Below, piece by piece: positions 18,101 through 24,950 of a stretch of DNA of 64,000 nucleotides. Source of the stretch: an uncultured Flavobacteriaceae bacterium (GTDB taxonomy: Bacteria > Bacteroidota > Bacteroidia > Flavobacteriales > Flavobacteriaceae). The notes beneath the pieces were generated by a model. It was given only the letters and a program-made list of their open reading frames with translations, did no database searches and had not been told where the DNA came from. The DNA is taken from contig CAYLNL010000001.1 of NCBI GenBank assembly GCA_964385175.1, forward strand, positions 284,593 to 348,592. Reading direction: 5' to 3'. Both the position numbers and the translations under genes were made by a program. Each line of letters begins with the position of its first letter. The first letter of the stretch is position 1.

Positions 18101-18479
18101 CTAAATGTTGGCGCGCCAGGCGATAGGTAAGCCAGAAACGGTTTCCCAGGGGTTTATCTTCTAACACGGTAGCTGTTACCTGGGGGCTAATGGAAAGTCG
18201 CCTTCCCTGCGGGCTGTCATATAAATAGATAATGGGTTGTATGTGAATTTCTCCGCTGAAGTAAATTTCTCCTCCGTATTTTACATAAAAGCTCTGTTTG
18301 CTCAATGTTAGTGTATCGCGATTGCATTTCCAGGGACCGCCGCTTCGCTCGTGCAATACGAGGGAATCTTGCACCGGTTGCCCCACGGTATTTTCTATTG
18401 CCAGGCACCCAAGAAACACACACCAGCTCCAGGCAACGAAGTGTTGAGATAGTATGGCTTTAACTCCAAATTGTTTCAT
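15147..18479 (-). CDS. Large (1110 aa) membrane-anchored protein of unknown function
   Basis: Signal-like N-terminus, a TM helix (IIGIAALAGGIGAVAYGMM), Ig-like beta-rich middle, a hydrophobic TG-containing segment (AYTAYTGRDLEGRKVSMLERLAGGAVVVASLLPLG), a long coiled coil and a ~250-aa C-terminal domain. Its base composition looks closer to the core genes than to the neighbouring cassettes. Confidence 0.8.
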   Translation of the reverse strand: MKQFGVKAILSQHFVAWSWCVFLGCLAIENTVGQPVQDSLVLHERSGGPWKCNRDTLTLSKQSFYVKYGGEIYFSGEIHIQPIIYLYDSPQGRRLSISPQVTATVLEDKPLGNRFWLTYRLARQHLDYPEQSVAYIKLHFNNGETLDYNGNMLIPEGATKITSLEIKWKGNELPVTRVFFWGNLGTPWSGSRKWVKIIGIAALAGGIGAVAYGMMRLRQRRLRKDNEREEEQDVVLSITRLDPSVAVTRLHPHELLRVKAVFKKPPLQEVSVMLSSTAGSSLSVKLQPYRSDTVYLSEPIDLVLPEYASLLGILSMQVPAEGILTLQWNETIETFLISWPELPEIPDLPGIRITRNGPQEVVIDPQAGIHGALSVRVIDEFDDPIPNCRIAWHIENFEGSMPCTVTDAEGVTELKFLEASFGGFIPVEDGLPLSDQLHATQYKLFPVVEDATLAPLVSSEAIEFTVDLVAPTYLSILNHEFKPAVYLVEGENTTFRVAPGRADGRGISGKVPVTVIDPKEDSHEWELPETYKKGSYESKEPWEAIYREDGDKVVLRFQQHQVEVPVYKDALRGQNAQLYPLLNTLRQVNLKTRQAEGLSQEQQRELHLKGRMIANAIAWLDEPHPVYELPIAITHKYLELLELPVAELGAMEEIPVTVHKMPNALKNTRIMYTCKKEAEEIDTVISITARERYDRNYWIMLSTAVEIIAAPHIGAYTAYTGRDLEGRKVSMLERLAGGAVVVASLLPLGLAFRRYAKAARALERQAINHLDWYATTMERAYLEDIFSIQAATCRQLRSQMASLFSKSVKAEQKILSQAQKALDDIESLEQRITKLEDDIKATKEKLKAEIQRRADDPSLKAVTQEMQSWERGMVRQEKSLDLRRQELQSARTRHAMHVDRLNELYIGRNLEKQQLSKMMDEGILPAQNDKFGGRKSTDLYQVQAEADLAATDSAWAGVTKREIHTPYRQTRWGDKFKVAEKKTVAPEADHLCMSDLKGADSKYWTFWPQEGGKLGNILKDVDTVTHRVRQAVNSIEKGRQIQYNILSERVGRQGMDVWQQVWDLDFHIVTPIPVPAEIQNIIRASVGGAGRNIKFTVVPARLNHWVQSLP

Positions 18480-18804
18480 ATCGGTTGTATTTTAGTTATT
18501 GGTTGTAAAAAAAACCTGAACAGGGTGTATTGGGTGGTTGCATTTTTTCGGTTTTTCAATTTTAACTGCTTCTACCCTTTTCTCTCTGCAAATCTCCTGG
18601 GAACCTGTTAGACAACTTATAGAAGCTTCTCAAAAATACTAAAAAAATTGATGTTCTCCTTTCATAAAGATTCCTGGCTATGCGCCATAGCTTGCTTGCT
18701 TTTCTCTTCAAAGAAAACAGGGGTTCCCCGGCGCACGGGGAGGAAAGCTATGTTAGTAACAGGTGGTAGTAGCCAGGGGGCTTGCAGCGGCGGGAGGCTC
18801 CTTT

Positions 18805-19434
18805 TCAGCGCTCTTTATGCAGCGTTCTAAGATAGAAAGAACATATCACTATCCAGGCAAGTATAGAGCCTTCAATAATCCGTTGATAGAGCCCGACAAC
18901 TTTTGAATGCATGTTAGATGATAAAATACTAACCAATAGAATAGCGGTCAATCCGCAAACAATGCCTGAGTATGATACATATTTTCCATTTGTCCATTTT
19001 CTGGCTACAATTCCAAGAACCAGTAAACAGATGGGAACTATCATGTATGTCAATAGCCCCATGAGGTTATGAATTAACTGCGAAAGGCTTGGGTGAACCA
19101 ATTCTTTGTTGCAACCTTTGTCGCATGGAAAAAAACTAACCATACTTGTTGTAACCCCGTAAAATACTCCAAGTCCTGCAAACCCTAATTTTGTAAGAGT
19201 AGATTTTGGTACTGCCCTTGCTGCATAAAATGCAAAGACGGCAATAAATATCCCGCCAGGCAAAAAGCCTAAATATCTAAGTTGAGGACCATAAGGTGTC
19301 CCAATAGCGTAGGATTCGCTAATGAGTTGAGAAATATGGCTATAATCTGAAAATTGTAGCCCACCCAGGATAGCTGCTGAAATAAAAAACAATACCCCCA
19401 TACATCCAAACCACGATGCTTTCATTCCGTTCAT
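18805..19434 (-). CDS. DUF998-like multi-pass membrane protein
   Basis: About six hydrophobic helices and the motif YSHISQLISES typical of DUF998. Confidence 0.6.
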   Translation of the reverse strand: MNGMKASWFGCMGVLFFISAAILGGLQFSDYSHISQLISESYAIGTPYGPQLRYLGFLPGGIFIAVFAFYAARAVPKSTLTKLGFAGLGVFYGVTTSMVSFFPCDKGCNKELVHPSLSQLIHNLMGLLTYMIVPICLLVLGIVARKWTNGKYVSYSGIVCGLTAILLVSILSSNMHSKVVGLYQRIIEGSILAWIVICSFYLRTLHKER

Positions 19435-19500
19435 ACTTTTTGTTAATTTTATTCCTGGAAAATATACTTGTTATTCGTTTGTCGAACCCTCGTTTAGAGT

Positions 19501-19540
19501 AGCAGCCAACAACGAGCGGCTTCCCGCAGTTCGTCTGCGA
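19501..19540. repeat. Partial (left-arm only) copy of the 13193-13312 palindrome
   Basis: GCAGCCAACAACGAGCGGCTTCCCGCAGTTCGTCTG versus GACCGCCAACGACGAGCGGCCTCACGCAGTTCGCCTG. Confidence 0.7.
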
Positions 19541-19567
19541 CAAATATAGAAAAAATGCTGTTGCTTT

Positions 19568-19762
19568 TCCCCACCCACCTCGCTCTCCTAAATCTCCCAA
19601 CTTCGGAACTAAACCAAAAACCGCTCTCACGTGCGGGAGCGCCTGTATGCGAGCAGGCACGCGCGCTCGCGACCGCGGGAGAAATAGTCTCATACAAAGC
19701 CAGGAGACTTTGCGGAGCGGGAGGGGGTAAATACCACACGAAAGGATTTGTGCGGTAACAGG
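19568..19762 (+). repeat. GC-rich mosaic hairpin repeat, copy F (M1-M2-M4-M6)
   Basis: CCTAAATCTCCCAACTTCGG..AAACCAAAAACC..GTGCGGGAGCGCCTGTATGCGAGCAGGCACGCGCGC..GAGAAATAGTCTCATACAAAGCCAGGAGACTTTGCGGAGCGG..TACCACACGAAAGGATTTGTGCGGTAAC. Confidence 0.9.
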
Positions 19763-19769
19763 GAATGTT

Positions 19770-20210
19770 TCATAACTGTATGCCCCATGTTTTAAACTCG
19801 TTTACTTTAACTAAAAACATCATGGTATTACTCCCTAAATCGCCGCCGTTAACGCCACTTCTCCAGTAATTTTTGTTTTCTAAAAGTTCTTTTTTCAGGC
19901 GATTTGTCTCGATCATGTAAAAAACACCTGCAAATTTATACACCCAATAATCTGCTTTGGTAACCGAAATGCCGGTTGCTTTTTTTCTCGATTCATACTC
20001 AACAGCCACATTCCCGGTTTTTTCGGCCATCAAATCGTTTTTTACTTCAAAAGTCAAATTCTTTGAAACAATTTTAATATCATAATCTTTGATGGCCGAT
20101 TTTTCAATGTCGGGTTCCTGAACATTAAAATGCTTCTTCAATAATTCTTTTACTTCATCTTCGGCTTTTAAACCATCTTCTAAATCTTTGTCAAAATTAT
20201 AGTGTGCCAT
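19770..20210 (-). CDS. Small PD-(D/E)xK-like predicted nuclease (146 aa)
   Basis: An acidic helix (EDGLKAEDEVKELL), then DYDIKIV and TFEVKND (D-x10-ExK). AT-rich. Preceded, in the sense direction, by the 6-unit tandem repeat. Confidence 0.6.
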   Translation of the reverse strand: MAHYNFDKDLEDGLKAEDEVKELLKKHFNVQEPDIEKSAIKDYDIKIVSKNLTFEVKNDLMAEKTGNVAVEYESRKKATGISVTKADYWVYKFAGVFYMIETNRLKKELLENKNYWRSGVNGGDLGSNTMMFLVKVNEFKTWGIQL

Positions 20211-20225
20211 TTTCTAAATTTTAGC

Positions 20226-20317
20226 TCACCCGCACAGGCGTTGCGCGTGCACGCGCGGGTACACGCACACGGGCAGGTAACGATACGGTACGAGCCCCGA
20301 AGGCTCGTGTCAGTGGG
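20226..20317 (+). repeat. GC-rich mosaic hairpin repeat, copy G (M2-M5)
   Basis: CCCGCACAGGCGTTGCGCGTGCACGCGCGGGTACACGCACACGGGCAGGTAACGATACGGTACGAGCCCCGAAGGCTCGTG. Confidence 0.9.
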
Positions 20318-20560
20318 GAGAATAGTATTGTGCAAAGCCAGGAGACTTTGCGAAGCGGTGAGAATAGTATCGTGCAAAGCCAGGAGACTTTGCGGAGCGG
20401 GAATAGTATTGTGCAAAGCCAGGAGACTTTGCGAAGCGGTGAAATAGTATCGTGCAAAGTCGGGAGACTTTGCGGAGCGGGAATAGTATTGTGCAAAGCC
20501 AGGAGACTTTGCGAAGCGGGGGGATAGTATCGTGCAAAGCCAGGAGACTTTGCGAAGCGG
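20318..20560. repeat. Tandem array of six ~40-42-bp units of module M4 (each holds the hairpin GCAAAG-CCAGGAGA-CTTTGC)
   Basis: Units start at 20318, 20360, 20401, 20441, 20481 and 20521. The TATTG..GCGAAGCGG and TATCG..GCGGAGCGG subtypes largely alternate. There are no unique spacers. Confidence 0.95.
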
Positions 20561-20568
20561 GGTGGGCA

Positions 20569-21387
20569 TTAGAATGTCTTATATTTTTTGGATTCCTCAA
20601 TTCCTTTTTTAATCTCCTCTTTTGTTCTGTAGTCACCAGGTATGTCTGGTAAATATGTCGGAAGTGTCGCAAATCTTTGGTAATGGTCAGTCCATTCATC
20701 ATACTTATAATCTGCAAAATGAGTTATCTCTGTCAGTCGTTTGTCTGGTGGTTTAGAATCAATTGTCAAAACGAAACCAAATGGTGGAAATGTAATCTCC
20801 GAAAGTTTGGATATGCTATTTATATCAATCTGCGCTAAAACACTGTATCCTATATATCTCTTATTACCCTGAATGTTGTAATAGCAAAAAAGTCTATATT
20901 TTTTTGAAAGAAATCTCGTTTCCTTGTTTTTTACAAACTTAACCAATTCGGGTTCAACCTCTCTGAAACTATCTGGATTAACAGAGAAAAACATAGTTAC
21001 AATTTGTTTGATTGTTCGCAACGGATAAAAAAAAGTTGGATAGTATAAACTTGGTTGTCCCTTAGTTTTCTGCAAAATACTCATTGCTTGCCATGCCCAA
21101 CTCACAAAAGCATGTCCATACCAACTCCCAGTTTCATTGTTACATCTTTCGCATAGACTGTAGAAACCAATCCCTCCTTGTTTCTTTTTTGAATATCCCT
21201 TCTCATAAATTTGGCTGATTGTTAAATCAAAAAAATTGTCTTCAAATTCAATTAACTTATCAAATTCCAGTTGGTAAAAATATCGTTGATTATTAAATGC
21301 TTTCTCAGGTGGAACATGTTCATAACTTAGTTGTCCATAGTATCCACATATTTTACATTTTCCGAACAGTTTTTTTCTCCGTCCCAT
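20569..21387 (-). CDS. HNH-family endonuclease-like protein with an uncharacterised C-terminal domain
   Basis: CKICGYYGQLSYEHVPPEKAFNN and LCERCNNETGSW (Cys pairs flanking an EH..N core). Single-gene, AT-rich cassette. Confidence 0.65.
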   Translation of the reverse strand: MGRRKKLFGKCKICGYYGQLSYEHVPPEKAFNNQRYFYQLEFDKLIEFEDNFFDLTISQIYEKGYSKKKQGGIGFYSLCERCNNETGSWYGHAFVSWAWQAMSILQKTKGQPSLYYPTFFYPLRTIKQIVTMFFSVNPDSFREVEPELVKFVKNKETRFLSKKYRLFCYYNIQGNKRYIGYSVLAQIDINSISKLSEITFPPFGFVLTIDSKPPDKRLTEITHFADYKYDEWTDHYQRFATLPTYLPDIPGDYRTKEEIKKGIEESKKYKTF

Positions 21388-21424
21388 TTATCGTTATTAT
21401 CCTGAAGAATTTTAGACAGTGTTA

Positions 21425-21506
21425 CCCCCGCGCAAGCCTGCGGGTACACGCACACAGGCAGGTAACGATACGGTACGAGCCAAAAGGCTCGCAACAGCGA
21501 GGGGGT
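21425..21506 (+). repeat. GC-rich mosaic hairpin repeat, copy H (M2-M5)
   Basis: CCCGCGCAAGCCTGCGGGTACACGCACACAGGCAGGTAACGATACGGTACGAGCCAAAAGGCTCGC, nearly identical to copy G. Confidence 0.9.
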
Positions 21507-21515
21507 AAACTATTT

Positions 21516-22214
21516 TTAAATATTTAGATCAGCCCTTATACTTGAATATTTGTTTATCCAATTTTCTATTGTGTTTACGCACGTAAAATAATTATTTGTA
21601 AATGTCTCAAAAGAGAGGTCTTCATGAGTTTTGTACCAGCCATCGAGGCTTGATATATTTCCAACATTTTTGTTGATACTTAATTTTATGTTTTCATTTT
21701 CATAGGTTTTATTACCAGTAACGCCTTCTAAATAAGTAATTGATATAAATTCAAGTCTTTTGGATATTTCTTTAGGCATATAGATATTTGAACACATTAA
21801 ATTCATTTCTTTAAAATATGTATTTAATTCCTCTATAGAAAAAACAACATAAGCCTTTGGATTCAAAGTTTCATTAAGGCGATTTACCTCTTCTTGGTTT
21901 ATCATAACGCTACATATTGACATCTTTCTTTCCTCTCTATTTTCATAGCTTACTATTATCTGTGTGGATTTAATTTTTTCCAATAATTTTAGCACTATGT
22001 CTAATTTTTTTTCGAAAATGATTTTTCTGTACCCAAATCTATCATAAATCAAAATAGCAATTATTAAGGTTATAAATGAGGTTGTAGTTAGAAAAATATC
22101 CTTTAGGATATTAGAGTTAAACGAATTATTTGAAATTAATAGGGTCATTATAACTCCGATATAAAAAAGAATTAGAATCGCTACTACAAGTGAATTTATC
22201 CTTTCAATTTTCAT
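21516..22214 (-). CDS. Hypothetical protein with two N-terminal TM helices and a soluble C-terminal domain
   Basis: Hydrophobic segments LVVAILILFYIGVIMTLLI and TTSFITLIIAILIY. Very AT-rich. I recognise no motif. Confidence 0.6.
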   Translation of the reverse strand: MKIERINSLVVAILILFYIGVIMTLLISNNSFNSNILKDIFLTTTSFITLIIAILIYDRFGYRKIIFEKKLDIVLKLLEKIKSTQIIVSYENREERKMSICSVMINQEEVNRLNETLNPKAYVVFSIEELNTYFKEMNLMCSNIYMPKEISKRLEFISITYLEGVTGNKTYENENIKLSINKNVGNISSLDGWYKTHEDLSFETFTNNYFTCVNTIENWINKYSSIRADLNI

Positions 22215-22246
22215 TTTTATGATTTTTTAAAATAGCTGTCTTCATA

Positions 22247-22397
22247 CCCCCCGCTACCGCCCGAATCCTTTCGGGTGGTAGTTACAATCCCCCCGCACGC
22301 GTGCCCGCTCTCCCGCGTGTGCACGCGCGGCTACACACCCGCGCAAGCGCCCACGCCCGTACCCCACGCTGGTGCGAACCTCCCGGCTCGTACCGCA
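22247..22397. repeat. GC-rich mosaic repeat, copy I (inverted M6, then M2-like and inverted M5-like)
   Basis: GCTACCGCCCGAATCCTTTCGGGTGGTA is the reverse complement of M6. GTGCACGCGCGGCTACACAC matches copy G. It ends with CCCGGCTCGTACCGC. Confidence 0.75.
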
Positions 22398-22456
22398 AAT
22401 CCATGTTATTCAACCCCTCAAAAATAGTAAAAACCGGCTTTTCCCCATCGCAACGG

Positions 22457-22588
22457 TCAATGACAGCCACAGTCTTTTTTTCCGCAGCCTTTGGCGGGTT
22501 TTTTCTTAGGCAACAGGAACTTTTTCACCAAAAATCCAATAGCAAGCAGCAGGGCGGTATAGGCGAGGAGCGGTTGCAGGTAGCTCAT
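22457..22588 (-). CDS. FeoB-associated Cys-rich small membrane protein (43 aa, absent from the ORF track)
   Basis: MSYLQPLLAYTALLLAIGFLVKKFLLPKKKPAKGCGKKDCGCH: one TM helix plus a Cys-rich tail. It starts 4 nt after the feoB stop. Confidence 0.7.
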   Translation of the reverse strand: MSYLQPLLAYTALLLAIGFLVKKFLLPKKKPAKGCGKKDCGCH

Positions 22589-22592
22589 ACAT

Positions 22593-24665
22593 TTATTTTA
22601 AAAGTTGATAGGCGAGCAGCGCCACCAGGTATGCAAAGGCCGTCATACACCCCAATTGCAGCAGCGGCCAGCGCCAGCTGTTGGTTTCCTGTTTCACGAT
22701 GGCAAGCGTGCTCATACACTGCATGGCAAAGGCGTAAAAGAGCATGAGCGAAATGCCGGAGGCGGGCGTAAACAGCTTTTCGCCGGTAACGGGATGCACC
22801 TCCGCCGCCATGCGCTGCTTCACGGTTTCTTCTCCCGTTTCGCCCACGCTGTAAATGGTGGCGAGCGTGCCCACAAACACCTCGCGGGCGGCGAAGGAGC
22901 TCAGGATGGCGATGCCGATTTTCCAGTCGTAGCCCAGGGGTTCAAGAACAGGCTCTATGGCCTGCCCCACGATGCCGATGTAGGAATTTTTGAGCTGGCG
23001 CGCACCTGCCTCCTGCGCCGGCGCACCCGTGAGGGAAGCCGTTTCAGTGCCGTCAACCCGTCCCGAAGGCCCGTTAGACGCCAAAAACCAGAGGATAACG
23101 GCAATCGCCATGATAATTTTCCCGGCGCCCCATACAAAGCCCTTCGTCTTTTCGACCACTGTGAGCGCCACGTTTTTCAGGGACGGCAGCTTGTAATTGG
23201 GCATTTCTACCACAAAAAATGAGTTGTTCCGCAGGCGGATGATTTTGTGGAGGAGGTATGCCGAAAAAATAGCCATGCCAAAGCCCAGCAGGTACAGCGC
23301 CATGAGGGTGATGCCCTGGAGATTCATCCCCAAAAAGCGCTCGTTGGGAATAACGAGGGCGATGAGGATGAGATATACCGGCAGGCGGGCGGAACAGGTG
23401 GTAAAAGGCGTTACCAGGATGGTGAGCAACCGCTCTTTCCAGCTTTCAATATTGCGGGTGGCCATAATGGCGGGGATGGCGCAGGCGGTGCCCGAAATAA
23501 GGGGGATAACGCTCTTGCCGCTGAGCCCGAAACGGCGCATGGTGCGGTCTGTTAAAAACACCACGCGGCTCATGTAGCCCGTTTCTTCCAGCACGGAAAT
23601 GAAGAGGAACAGGAAAACAATTTGGGGAATAAACATCACAATGCCGCCTAAGCCCGGCAAAATGCCTTCGGCGAGCAGGCTGGTAAACAGCCCATGCGGC
23701 AAGCCTGTCTTCACCGTTTCGCTCAGCGAGGCAAACAGCCCGTCTATATAATCCATCGGGTAGCTACTCCAGTCGTAAATAGCCTGGAAAATGGTGAGCA
23801 GCACCACGAAAAAAATAAAATACCCATACACCTTGTGCGTGAGAACCCTGTCTAAAACCGCCCGCAGGTCTTTGCCGCGGAGGCGGTTTACCTGGTATCC
23901 TTCCTTCAGCACATCGTTGATAAACTGGTAGCGCAAAATAGTCTCCTTTTGCTGCAAACGCTTCAGTTCTGCCCCCGATTTGGTAGAAAAAGCCGAGGCG
24001 TCTTTAACAGGATTCCGGCTTACCCGCGCAAAATTCACATCTTGCGTAATCACCAGCCAGAGCTTGTAGAGGTCCTGGTTGGGAAAAGCATTCCGCAAGC
24101 CGTCAAAATACGTTTTATCAATCACCGAAGCGTGTACACAAGGCTCGGTAGAAAGGTTTTTGTAGTCGAGCAGCCACTCCTTAATTTCCGCGATGCCCGC
24201 ACCCCTGCGCGCGCTCGTGAGCACAATCTTAGTTTTGAGGCGCTCTTCCAGCAGCGGAATATCTAAGGAAATGCCCTTGCGCCGCATCTGGTCGGCCATG
24301 TTAATAACTAATATGGTGGGAATTTTGAGGTCTTTTACCTGCGTAAAGAGCAAAAGATTTCGCTTCAGGTTTTCCACATCGGTAACCACCACCGCCACAT
24401 CGGGATAATCTTTGTCGTTTTTGTTGAGCAGCAACTCAATCACCATACTCTCGTCTATGGAGGTGGCGTTGAGGCTGTAGGTGCCCGGCAGGTCTAAGAT
24501 ATGGGCTTTTACACCCCGCGGCAGCCGGCACACCCCTTCTTTGCGCTCCACGGTAATGCCGGGGTAGTTGCCCACCTTTTGGTTGAGACCGGTGAGCTGG
24601 TTGAACACCGAGGTTTTGCCGGTATTGGGGTTCCCGATGAGCGCTACTTTTAGCTGCCTGCTCAT
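22593..24665 (-). CDS. feoB: Ferrous iron transporter FeoB
   Basis: N-terminal G domain GNPNTGKTS..DLPGTYSL followed by a polytopic membrane domain. Confidence 0.95.
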   Translation of the reverse strand: MSRQLKVALIGNPNTGKTSVFNQLTGLNQKVGNYPGITVERKEGVCRLPRGVKAHILDLPGTYSLNATSIDESMVIELLLNKNDKDYPDVAVVVTDVENLKRNLLLFTQVKDLKIPTILVINMADQMRRKGISLDIPLLEERLKTKIVLTSARRGAGIAEIKEWLLDYKNLSTEPCVHASVIDKTYFDGLRNAFPNQDLYKLWLVITQDVNFARVSRNPVKDASAFSTKSGAELKRLQQKETILRYQFINDVLKEGYQVNRLRGKDLRAVLDRVLTHKVYGYFIFFVVLLTIFQAIYDWSSYPMDYIDGLFASLSETVKTGLPHGLFTSLLAEGILPGLGGIVMFIPQIVFLFLFISVLEETGYMSRVVFLTDRTMRRFGLSGKSVIPLISGTACAIPAIMATRNIESWKERLLTILVTPFTTCSARLPVYLILIALVIPNERFLGMNLQGITLMALYLLGFGMAIFSAYLLHKIIRLRNNSFFVVEMPNYKLPSLKNVALTVVEKTKGFVWGAGKIIMAIAVILWFLASNGPSGRVDGTETASLTGAPAQEAGARQLKNSYIGIVGQAIEPVLEPLGYDWKIGIAILSSFAAREVFVGTLATIYSVGETGEETVKQRMAAEVHPVTGEKLFTPASGISLMLFYAFAMQCMSTLAIVKQETNSWRWPLLQLGCMTAFAYLVALLAYQLLK

Positions 24666-24907
24666 AGGGCGCTGGTATTATTTACCCGCTCTACCTCTAT
24701 TAACAGAGCGGTTTCTTTGCGGATGGCTAAGTAGGAGCCGTTTATGTTGAGGTAGAGCGGGTCGTGGAAGGGGGCGTACTGGATTACCTCTACTTCGTTG
24801 CCCGGCAAACAGCCCATCTCGAAGAGTTTTATGGGGATAACGTCCGGGGAAATGGCTTTGATGATTCCCTTTTCGCCTCGTTTTAAATCGGCTACCGTGA
24901 TTTTCAT
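24662..24907 (-). CDS. feoA: FeoA family protein
   Basis: 81-aa SH3-like FeoA sequence (LKRGEKGIIKAI..GCLPGNEVEV). Overlaps the feoB start. Confidence 0.9.
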   Translation of the reverse strand: MKITVADLKRGEKGIIKAISPDVIPIKLFEMGCLPGNEVEVIQYAPFHDPLYLNINGSYLAIRKETALLIEVERVNNTSAL

Positions 24908-24950
24908 CCTTATTTAGAATGATTTTAAGTAAGCAAAGATAGCACAAAAA

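Noticed and set aside
20318-20560. Possible CRISPR array, because of the regular ~41-bp repeats
   Set aside because: The units abut one another with no unique spacers, and no cas genes are in the window. It is a plain tandem repeat of module M4.
4966-22456. Calling the region a classical integron or CALIN
   Set aside because: No intI is in the window. The inter-cassette repeats are ~100-190 bp mosaics of several hairpins rather than single attC palindromes. The candidate R boxes fit RYYYAAC/GTTRRRY only loosely. I keep it as a hypothesis in the findings, not as a feature call.
22605-24408. Multiple + strand ORFs (205 aa, 126 aa, 105 aa and others) opposite feoB
   Set aside because: They are antisense shadows of a well-supported feoB gene, with Arg/Gly-rich low-complexity translations.
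24908-24950. Fur-box-like sequence (AGAATGATTTTAAG) upstream of feoA
   Set aside because: It is only a partial match to the GATAATGATAATCATTATC-type consensus in an AT-rich region. I cannot support it without a Bacteroidota-specific matrix.
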